Of a stretch of 64,000 nt of DNA, positions 11,503 to 22,176 are shown piece after piece. Where the stretch lies: NCBI GenBank assembly GCA_036785375.1, contig JAWMAR010000070.1, positions 4,216,001 through 4,280,000 on the forward strand, read 5' to 3'. Under the pieces are notes generated by a model. It did no database searches, was not told the origin of the DNA, and saw only the letters and a list, made by a program, of their open reading frames with translations. The DNA comes from Leucoraja ocellata. Lineage: Eukaryota. Every line of letters begins with the position of its first letter. Position 1 is the first letter of the stretch. The position numbers and the translations under genes were made by a program.

Positions 11503-14119
11503 TGTTTTATCCACAGTGACAAAACCAACAATTGTATGTCTGTCACTCAGCTCTGATACAATCTCAAATAGCAATTACAAGAAGGGAACAGGACGTCAGA
11601 TCCTGAACCACAGCGAGCCAGCAGCAGCTCGACACTTTACAGTGTGAAAGGCTCTGGGTTATATTTAACAAATGGTTGGGTCAGATGATCACGGAAACAG
11701 GCTCTTCTCCCCAACGAGTGAGACCAATATGCTCATCTAAGTTAATCAAATTTGTCCACGCTCGACCCATATCTCCCCAAACCTTCCCTATCCATGGACC
11801 TGTCCAAGTGCCCGTTACATGTAGTTATTGCAGCTGCTTCAACCACTTCGTCAAGTGTGATGTATCCATAAGGATGGAGCGGCGGCCATCTCTGTACTCG
11901 GAGTCTGTTAGCACTGAACAATGGGGGAAATAATGATAGACAAAAAATGCAGGAGCAACTCTGCGGGCCAGGCAGCTCCTCTGGAGAAAGTGGATAGGTG
12001 ACGTTTCGGGTCGGGACCTCTTGTGTAAACAATTAAACTATGGTTAAAGTATGACATTTAGAAGAGTAGAAACGTCTAACATGTGTACACTTCCGGATCA
12101 TTCCCTCTTGATGATTCTTTAAGTGGACCGGCAGATCAAAAATATAATCATTGGAACTTTTTTTCGCATATTGCTGTTGACAAGGAGCAAAACAGGAAGT
12201 TGGCATTAGGATGTAGGGGATTTTCACCTGAAATCAGCTGAAGTTAATTGGAGTTTGACCCTCTCCTCTCCGCTTCAACTCTTCAATTCAAACTTTGAAA
12301 CACTATTGTTATGATATTCATGTTTTGAAAATAACAATTAATGGTGTAGTGGACTGTGAAGAAGTTTGTCTAGAATTACCACAGGATGGAGATCAGCTGG
12401 GAAAGCGGGATGTGGAATGTAACTGACATGTGTAATGTAACTCAAACAAGGGCGAAGTGATACACTTGGTGAAGTTAAAGCAAGGATGAATATGCACGGT
12501 GAATTGAATTGTTAACTTATATACGTTGCCATTCAGAGCTACTAAATTATCAGAGTTGCGGTCATGTACATTCCATTGGCTGACTTGCATCTGCTTGCAA
12601 CGATTTAATTCTGTAGGCAACTAGTTGTTTTATAATATAACCTAATATCTGCTGCGGGCTATCGTTCTGGGTGTGTTACTTTCAGGGGAACAGTGCAGTT
12701 TATTCGGGTTGTGTACATCTGTGGCAATGTTGTGCATCACGTGGTATCGGTGTAACACACTGATGTGTCCGCCACTGATGTTAGCTGAGCGTTGACGGCC
12801 CTTAGTAAAGGATCTTGTGTTCAGAGCTATTTCCTGTTTACTTGCCCAACTAAAACACTGCAGAGAGGAACCGACGATGCAGCAAAACAATTTAATTCTG
12901 TCTTCATTCGCCATTGACCCATGACTTCTGCAAACACTGCTCAGCAATCAGTGTTACACCGAGCTGCTCGCAAGATGCGGTTCAGATATACGAATCTACA
13001 CGAATATTCGAAGCTTGTTTCAGCAGCGCGAGCAAAGTGTCAGCACTGCAGAACAATTCAGTGTAAAGAAAGAAATGACTGTTTGAACAAATTAGATTGA
13101 AGCACATTCCAAGTCAGCACCTGCCATTAAAAACAACAATGGCATCGAACCGAAATGTCACCCATTCTTTCCTTCCAGTGATGCTGCCTATCCCGCTGAA
13201 TTGCTCCAGTATTTTGTGTCTATCTGTGGCATCTCAGGCCGTTTATCTCTCGCTATCTTTATGGAATTTTAGGATGTCCTGTAGTGGGGAAACGTTGAAC
13301 GAGCCAGGCAGCAAATATCTCTGGCTATTCAGCACCCCTCGGATATCCCTGACCTGGGGGTTTCTGATTTCAAAGCAACCCCTGGTCTCATTTCCTCGTC
13401 TCCCCGCTTACTGCTCTTTCAAGCTGCAACTCAACCAGTTTGTTCTGCACAAGAATGGACTTTCCACTAGTTTAGTTTAGGATACGGCGCGGAAACAGGC
13501 CCTTCGGCCCACCGAGACCACACGATCCCGTTGCGCCAACATTGTGTAAACTAGTTTAGTTTAGTTTAGTGGGCCGAAGTGCCTATTTCCACGCTGCAAC
13601 CATAAACTAATCTGAAGGGAGCAATTTCACTTGCGAGGAGTATTGCTTGGGATGAAACGTTAGGTATGGGGAGGGGTTGGATAGGGATTTTATAAAATTC
13701 CATGCAGAACAGGTGAGGAAAAGGGAACCCATTACAGGTGTGCAGAACTTTGAGCAGCAAAGATAGGGTATTTTTGGAACGTTTTCCACGGCAGATATGT
13801 GTAAAAGTGGAGAACATTTGGTTAAGTTAAGGAGCAGGATGTTTCAAGGGGAACAAGAAATATGTTTAAACCTAGAAGATGGAGGTAACTGAATTGCCAC
13901 AATGGACGAGGTGCTGGTAAATGAGATTAGTGTCGATGGTACTGAATGGTCAACATTAACACAGTGGAACAAATCTGATATCGGCGTCCAGGAGTTAACG
14001 GTGGCCACATTTACTGCTAATATTCATTCCCTTATCGTATCTGAGTGCGCATCCTGCGGAGATGATGGTGGGAAAGTAAAAGTGCTTGGACTGATAATAC
14101 TGCAGGAGGAGAGTACTGC

Positions 14120-14670
14120 ATTCAGCCCTTCGAGCCTGCACCGCCATTCAATATGATCATGGCTGATCATCCAACTCAGTATCCTGTACCTGCCTTCTCT
14201 CCATACCCCCTGATCCCTTTAGCCACAAGGGCCACATTTAACTCCCTCTTAAATATAGCCAATGAACTGGCCTCAACTACCCTCCGTGGCAGAGAATTCC
14301 AGAGATTCACAACTCTCTGTGTGAAAAATGTTTTTCTCATCTCGGTCCTAAAAGACTTTCCCCTTATCCTTAAACTGTGACTCCTTGTTCTGGACTTCCC
14401 CAAAATCGGAGACAATCTTCCTGCATCTAGCCTGTCCAACGCCTTAAGAAGGTTGTTAGTTTCTATAAGATACGAGTGGGTTTAAACTAAATCGCGTGCT
14501 TTCAAGAGAGAGTTAGATAGAACTCTTAAAGATAGCGGAGTCAGTGGATATGGGGAAAAGACAGGAACGGGGTACTGAATGTGAATGATTAGCCATGATC
14601 ACGGTGAATGGCGGTGCGGGCTCGAAGGGCCGAAGGGCCTACTCCTGCCCCTATTGTCTATTGTCTATTT
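14120..14670. mobile_element. Two oppositely oriented CR1 3' fragments (14120-14470 minus; ~14480-14670 plus)
   Basis: ORF 14176-14439 is the CR1 C-terminus. The second fragment ends in a (ctattgt)n tail. Confidence 0.7.
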
Positions 14671-14790
14671 TCTTCCACATCTTTTGTTTTATAAAGCTGC
14701 GACCAGAACTGTGCACCAGACTCCCATATGTTACCTAACAAATGTTTTGTGCGGGTGCCAAGATATCAAGTCACTGATTGAGAAACCTAC

Positions 14791-15108
14791 CTTCAGATAC
14801 TTGGAGATGTACTTGAAATGTTGGTTCGCCAGGTGTAGTAATTCCACATCTGTACCATCCTGTATCTCCAGAGTGAAGACCCTCCACAGTCACAGTAAAT
14901 ATCCCTCGTGCCGGGTTATCTGTGATTGACACTCTTCCGCTCTGTCCATGTTTCCCATTTGTTTCACCTACATGTGTACACTGGCGACTTGTCTCACGGC
15001 ACCAGTATTTTGTGTGTGAGCGGTACACTGCTGCATAGTGACAATCGATTGTGATCGCTCTTCCCACAACCCCTCTTACTTCGCTCTCAGCCCACAGTGC
15101 ACCTGAAA
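14791..15108 (-). CDS. Orphan CD300/pIgR-type Ig V exon (V2 class)
   Basis: Open 318-nt phase 1-1 exon with ITIDCHY, KYWC-x6-C and DTGWYRCG. Intact AG/GT. No own leader or C2 exon nearby. Confidence 0.85.
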
Positions 15109-15939
15109 CTGAAGGAAACATATTTCATAAATTGAAGAGCAAAATTAACCTTTCACAAACATATACATTATAGTATACATCAATGTGTACAGGGGAATCC
15201 GCCCAATCATTTTCGTAACGTGTTGAATTCAACCTAGATTGCGATGAGAGACAGATACTGTACACCGTCCCTCACCATCTGCGTCCAAAGCGCTTCCCAG
15301 CCAATGTGGGTGTGAATGGTGAAAAATGATGCATTGAAGACGGAGCCTGTTGCAATTGGAAGGCGCTGTCTAGGGAGTCTTGGTGAGTTGGTGCAGTGCA
15401 TCGTGCAGATGGTGCAAACTGCTGCTGCTCTGCATCAGCGGGGGAGGTTGACGATGGAGTGTCTATCAAGCGCGATTCTGGTTCATGACAGACGAGCACA
15501 AGTGTTCAGCGAAACTGTGGCCTAGGCTTTGCTTGGCCTCGCTGATGTAAACCATTCACACTCGCTTCTGGACTTCCCCTCTGAGCGTCTCCACACCTAC
15601 TGGGAGCTACATTTCAAAACTCACTTTGACAAAAGTAACGGGTTTACTTTATGGAGTGACGGGGAGGAAGATTCACTTTAATTTTGAGAGATTATTGGGG
15701 TTCCTCCAGAGATTCACACAAATTAATACGTTTTTAATCCTGCCATGATCATGAAACCCATGCGTACACAAGCAGACCGTACAAACTCCATACAGACAGC
15801 ACCCAAGGTCAGGATCGAACCCGGGATTCGGATGCTGTGAGGCAGCGGCTCTACCTGTTGTGCCAATGTGTGATTGTCTCAGATATCTTTCAACTTTCCT
15901 TGCAGGCAAGAACAAGGATTGAACCCTGGTTAGCAGCAT

Positions 15940-17870
15940 GGGGGCTGCATGCTTGCAAACCGGCAAGCTAAGTGCAGAGTTAAATCTATGGTACTTCCTC
16001 CCCGATGGTTTTGCAAGCCGACTGTGAACACCCTTCCTTGTGTGTTGGTGGTAAGGGCTCCCCGGTCAGATACTTTTTGCGTTGCGTTTTGTTGCACAAC
16101 CACAGAGCTCCACAAGGCAGCTGTGCTCTGGACAAAACTGTTATCCATCTACTTCTGCAGTGTGCAATTGGCAAGAAAACGTTATAGATACAACATGGAA
16201 ACAGGCTCTTCGGCTCACCGAATCTGCGCCAACCAGTGTTCACCCCGGATACAATTTACTGTGCAATTTAACCTACAAACCTGTCTGTCTTTGGTGTGTG
16301 GGAGGAAACCGGAACACCGCGAGAAAACCCATGCGGACACAATGAGAACGTACAAACTCCATATAGACAGCAGCCGAGATCAGCATTGAACCTGGGTCTC
16401 GGGCGCTGTTAGACAGCAACACTACTGCTGTGCCACTTTGTTCCACCTACTGACTTGCCAGGGCAATGTGTTCCCCCTGAGCTAACATTCTTATATCTTC
16501 ATATTTTCCAGCATCTGCAGTTCCTTCTTAAACATTCTTATACTCTGCATGTTCTTGCTGAATTCTTGAGAACCAGAGGACATAGTTTGAGAACCAGAGG
16601 ACATATGTTTAAGGTGAGGGGAAAAGATTTAATAGGAACCTGAGGGAAGCTGAACAGGATAGGTTTACAGTGATATGAGCCAAATGTCTTTAGTCAGAGG
16701 GTGGTGAGTTTGTGGAATTTTTTTCAACAACCAACTGTGGAAGCTTATTCGATCGATATTTTTTAGGCAGAGATTGACAGATTCCTGATTAGTGTGGGAG
16801 TCAGGGGTTATGGGGAGAAGGCAGGTGAATGGAGGTGAATGTAGATCAGCCACGATTGAATGGCGGAGTAGAGTTGATGCGCCGAAAGGCCAAATTCTGC
16901 ACTTAGAACTTATGAACCTATGAACATTGTGTTTAAGAAGGAACTGCAGATGCTGGAAAATCGGAGGTACTCAAAAATGCTGGAGAAACTCAACGGGTGC
17001 GGCAGTATCTATGGAGCAAAGAAAATAGGCAACTTTTCGGGCCAAAACCCTTCTTCAGATCAGTCTGAAGAAGGGTTTATTCAGATCAGTCTGAAGAAGG
17101 GTTTAGGCCCGAAACGTTGCCTATTTCCTTCGCTCCATAGATGCTGCTGCACCCGCTGAGCTTCTCCAGCATTTTTGTGAGGTTATGAACATTGTTGGTT
17201 TGTGGGTTTCTGCTGCAGTCATATTCTGAGAAAAGTAACACCAGCCCGAAGTAAGTTCCTGACCTGAAATGTCGCTTGCCCATCTCGTTTCAGAGATGAT
17301 GTTTGACCCACTATAGTGGGGGTTTTTTTGTTTTGCTCAACTGCTCATATTAACAGGAAGCACGTTGATCACAGCAAGATGCAGCTCACACATTTGACTC
17401 AGACCACAATATTTATTTCCATCACACGTTGGCCTTTGATGTGTTTGTACATTGACTGGAAATGTGTTAAAAACAAATAAATGTGTATTGTAGGGTGCAC
17501 AAATTAATGTACAAATATGTCAGGCCCCATTCAGGCCTTCATAACTACACTATGCATTAAACTCATAGCTTATCCTTCATATCAATATCCAGTACTATTT
17601 ATATTTCCATAAATCCCGTAATATCTAAGAAACAATTGTTCCCAGGCTAGATTGCATTGGAGTCATAGAATGCAGGAACAGGCCCTTCGGCCAAACTTAT
17701 CCCTCCTCACTGCGTCTGGACAATTGAGCCAAGGAAAACCTCATCCCTTCACCTGCACTCTCCTGCTCAGTAAGAACTTTGCATATTTTGAACAAAGTAC
17801 CGCTATAGTTGAGAAGAGGACCTGTAGCAATGCTGCTAAGACCAGAATTTCCAAATCGAACTTTCTTCTC
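15940..17870 (+). repeat. Old local duplication unit, paralogous to ~19385-21125
   Basis: Shared collinear blocks, e.g. aaaccggcaagc..ctatggtacttcctc, the SINE, and aggaagcacgttg..gcagctcacacatttgac. Also 18520-18640 matches 21135-21255. Confidence 0.8.
16931..17183. mobile_element. Short fold-back Penelope-pLTR-derived insertion with hammerhead-like cores
   Basis: Inverted arms around tcagatcagtctgaagaagggttt (centre partly duplicated). Same one-sided tail as 86-118. 12-bp TSD tatgaacattgt at 16919-16930 and 17184-17195. Absent from the paralogous site near 20470. Confidence 0.8.
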
Positions 17871-18640
17871 CTACAGAAATTGTAATTTTTGGAAGGGTTT
17901 CTGTGGTCATGACAGTTGAACCTTCTTGGTTTAGGATCTCACCCAGAAATTTGCAGTTCAGGCAGTGATGTACTCTACCAGTTGGCACTGAGGTGCTCGT
18001 AGGTCATGTGCTCATGTACTGGGGAGGGACGTTGTAGACGGGAAATTTTCACGTGGACTCCGGGCTTGTTTTCAGAAAAAAATGTTTTATTACGAATTGG
18101 CCAACTTTGGTTACACATGTCCTGGGGAAGATGCCCTCAGATACAAGGCATTCAGTGCCTTTTACACAACCACATCTACATTACCTTCCTCTCCTAACTT
18201 TACCTTGCATTCTCAGTGAGTAGAAAAGATAAAGGAATGCATGTATATTACTCTGTTGTGCTGCTGCAAGTACATACTGCATGACAATAAAACACACTTG
18301 ACTCACTTTTTGCCTTCTAATAGGCTATAAAATCTGTGAATATTTCTGCAGTTCCACGCTACATTACTCCCCTCCATCTCCACTTGGCTGTGCAGTATCT
18401 AAGGATGGGCTCACTTAGGGTCATTTTATTTGCAACTGGTCACTGAGGCAGGTAAAATCCAGTCTAGACCAAGTTTTAGTGAGACCCCTTACCCAGGCTT
18501 GAGGATCATTTTACATCTTGGGCTTATCTGCCTTAGCCCATTATCCACTTGAACCCATGTTCTTGCTTGAACCATTGCCCCTTTACGGACTTGAACCCAC
18601 AATATTTTGGCCCAGAGACAATGGGGTGTGGTGTGCTTAG

Positions 18641-19384
18641 ACAGCCACTTGCAATTGATTATAATGGGATTGTTTAATTATTATCTTAATTTACACAGAC
18701 CCAACTCTTCTTCGTCTGAATGTTCAATTAACCTATCCTTTGTCTATTATAACGATGTTTCTCTTACCTGTTACTCTTGTGGATCTCGGCAGGGAACCAG
18801 AATATCCTCAGTCGAGGGGTTTCCTGGGAACTCTATCGGGAGTTCAGACTTAATGGATCCGATAGTGCACTTTTCACTCCCCTCGAGGTACCGGCCAGAC
18901 AGCAGCCGCTTACTCAGTCGAAGGAGATGGTCCCAGTGAGATCCTGCCGACTATGGCAATGTTAAATTTCTATCCGCGCTATCAAACAACAAACCCCATT
19001 GGTCACTTTAAGAATGTAACAATTCCTCTTTATTATGCATGCGGGAATGGGAGAGCGTCCACGAGTCTGGTTACATTACAGTTGCCCCTCGCGGTTCCAC
19101 TCAATTATTCTTTGCACAGGCAGCATATTTATACATGAGTAGCACGGGTCTAGCTAATCACACAATCAACACATTTCTGCACCGGTTCTGATTGTTTAGA
19201 ACAGATTAGTTTTTCTCTGCAGCACAACTTGGTATCGGGACTCTTCACTTTTTAGTCACAATACCTTTTGCAGTTCTGCAAAACCATTCATTAGTTAGCA
19301 ATTCTAAGTAAGTAAAGCAGGCTCACCACGCGCAACAAGCAATCTGTTATGTACACATTGACTCTTAAACCCCCATCCTCATCA
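18641..19384 (-). mobile_element. Truncated LTR retroelement/ERV: 5' LTR (18960-19384), tRNA-Ser primer-binding site (18941-18958), leader with splice donor
   Basis: On minus: TG..CA ends, TATAAATA at 19126-19133, AATAAA at 19029-19034. atcctgccgactatggca matches the tRNA-Ser 3' end ATCCTGCCGACTACGCCA at 16/18. cag|gtaag at 18768/18767. Confidence 0.75.
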
Positions 19385-21620
19385 GCACATGTTTACAAAC
19401 CGGCAAGCAAACTACTGACTTAAGTCTATGGTACTTCCTCCCTGATGGTTTTGCAAGCCGACTGTGAACATCCTTCCTTGGGTGTTATAAACAAAAGACA
19501 ATATGTGTAGGAGTAGACCTTTCGCCCTTCGAGCCAGCACCGCCATACAATGCAATCATGGCTGATCATCCCCAATCAGTACCATGTTCCTACCTTCTCC
19601 CCATATCCCCTAACTCTGCTATCTTTAAGAGCCCCATCAAGTTGGTGTGAAGGGCTGCCCAGTCAGATCCTATTAGCGTTGCGTGTGTTGCACAACCACG
19701 GAGTTCCACAAGGCAGATGTGCCCTGGACAAGACCATTATCCATCTCCTTCTGCTGTGCGCAATTGACAAGAACATTTTATGGATACAGCATGGAAACGG
19801 GCTCTTCGGCCCACCTTGACCGCGCCAACCAGTGTTCACCGGTATACACTTTACTGTGCAAATTAACCTACAAACCTGTATGTCTTTGGAGCGTGGGAGG
19901 AAATTGGAGCACCCAGTGAAAACTCTTGCTGACACAGGGGGAATGTACAAACTCCATACAGACAGCACCCGAGGTCAGCATCAAACTTGGGTCTACGGCA
20001 CTGTAAGACAGCAACTCTACCGCTGTGCCACTGTGTTCTAGATGAAACCCACTGACCTGCCAGAGCGAGGTGCTCTCCCTGAGCTAACATTTTTATACTC
20101 TACATGTTCTTGCTGAATGTTTGAGGACCAGAGGACATAGTTTAAGAACCAGAGGACATGGGTTTAAGGTGAGGGGGGCAGATTTAATAGCAACCTGAGG
20201 GAACCTGGACAGGATAGATTAACAGTGATATGGGCCAAATTCCTTTCGTCTGGTGAATCTGTGGAATTTATTTTAACAGACGGTTGTGGAAGCCAATCCA
20301 ATGGATATATCTGAGACAGAGATTGACAATTCCTGATCAGTGTGGATGTCAGGGGCTAGAAGGCAGGAGAATGGGGATGGGAGGGAAAGATAGATCAGCC
20401 ATGATTGAATTGTGGAGTAGACTTGAATGGCCGAAAGTTCTAATTCTGCACTAAGAACTTACTAACCTATGCATATTGTATGTTTGTGGGTTTCAGCGAC
20501 AGTCATATTCTGAGAAAAGTAACACCTATCTGAAGTAGGGTCCTGACCTGAAATGACATCTGCCCATTTCCATTCAGAGGTGTTGCTTGACCCACTGAAG
20601 TGTTTTTTTTTTTGTTTTGCTCAACTGCTCATATTAACAGGAAGCACGTTGGCCACAGCAAGATGCAGCTCACACATTTGACGCAGACCACAACATTTCT
20701 TTCCATCGCACGATGGCCTTTGATGTGTTTGTACATTGACTGGAAATGTGTTCAAAACAACTTAATATGTATTGTTGGGTGATCAACTTAATGAACAAAT
20801 ATGTCAGGCCCCACCACTACACGATGCATTGAAATCATAGCTTATCTTTTATCATGTCAATATCCAGTACTAGTTATATTTCCGTGAATCCTTTAATATT
20901 TAAGAAACAATTGTTCCCAGGCTAGATTGTATTCGAGTCATTGATCCATACAACGAAGAAACAGGCCCTTTGGCCCAAATTACCCCTCCACAGTGCGAGC
21001 CATGGAAAACCTAATCCCTTCACCTACACTCTCCTGCTCTGTAAGAACTTTGTATATTTCGAACAGAGTACCTCCTCTAGAGTTGAGAAGACGTGCTGTA
21101 GCATTTCCAATTGAACTTACTTCTGCTGCATCTTGGGCATCTCTGCCTTAGCCCACTATCCACTTGAATCCATTTCTTGCTTGATCCATTGCCCTTTTAC
21201 GGACTTGAACCCACAATATTTTGGCCCAGAGACAATGGGGTGTGATGTGTTTAGGCTGACCCTTCCAAGGAATGATGATGGGAGGGTTGGGGAATTTGTG
21301 GGTGGAGGGAATGAGGGTGGGTATGACACGAATGGGAACCAATGCCATTTTATCATTTGTATGCATGATCTAGGCTCACTCATTATACTAGCGGATGAAA
21401 GAGATCGTACAAGTGAGTGTAATTCGTAAGGTCATTAGTGATAGGAGCAGACAATTTGACCCATCAAGGCTACTCCACCATTGAATCGTCGCTAATTTAC
21501 CTCTCCCTCCTAACACCACTCCCCTGCCTTCTCCCCATCACCCCTTACAACTGATGAATTGAACGAAACCGCTCAGAAGGTGCTTGACAAACTAAAGCTA
21601 TAAAAAGATGCCGGTTTATC

Positions 21621-21819
21621 CAAAGACGAACCCAAAATGCTGGAGTAACTCAGATGGTCAAGAAATATCTCTGGTGAAAATTGATGGGTAACATATTGGG
21701 TCAGGACCTTTCTACAGACCATCTGAACATGGGTCCCAACTTCAAACATCACCTGTCTATTTTCTCCAGAGATGCTGCCTGACCTGTTGAGTTACTCCAG
21801 CATTTTGTGTTCATCTTTG
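21621..21819. repeat. Older degenerate fold-back Penelope-derived palindrome
   Basis: caaagacgaacccaaaatgctggagtaactc at the left end is inverse to gagttactccagcattttgtgttcatctttg at the right end. Confidence 0.65.
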
Positions 21820-21909
21820 AAAACGTATAGGACAGATTAAAGCAATGTAATCTGAACAGAGTGGTAAAGCAAGTGTTGCCAAAAACTCACACCGAATTAA
21901 AAATCTCTC

Positions 21910-22176
21910 CTAAGAAACGACAGAGGCATAGGTTGACTCAGTGTTCTCTGGAGTCACAGTAGAGTGGGGTTTCCGAATGCCCTTTGGGCAGTTGCGGTGA
22001 AAATTGACATCTGCGTAGACGACAGCGTGTTCAGCCGCATGCTGCCTTGATCTCAACTTCTTTTGACAATTCACCACTGCATACGTGATTCCACCTTCAT
22101 TGTTGTCCAAATGGTCACCTGCCCTGTTGTTTTCCAGATTTGAATCAACGTGGTTCCCTTCCAACACTGCCATTTC
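21910..22176 (-). CDS. Gene B terminal cytoplasmic exon with three ITIMs
   Basis: Acceptor tatatttcag. Motifs ITYAVV, VVYADV and STYASV. Stop at 21910-21912. Confidence 0.88.
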   Translation of the reverse strand, partial: EMAVLEGNHVDSNLENNRAGDHLDNNEGGITYAVVNCQKKLRSRQHAAEHAVVYADVNFHRNCPKGIRKPHSTVTPENTESTYASVVS

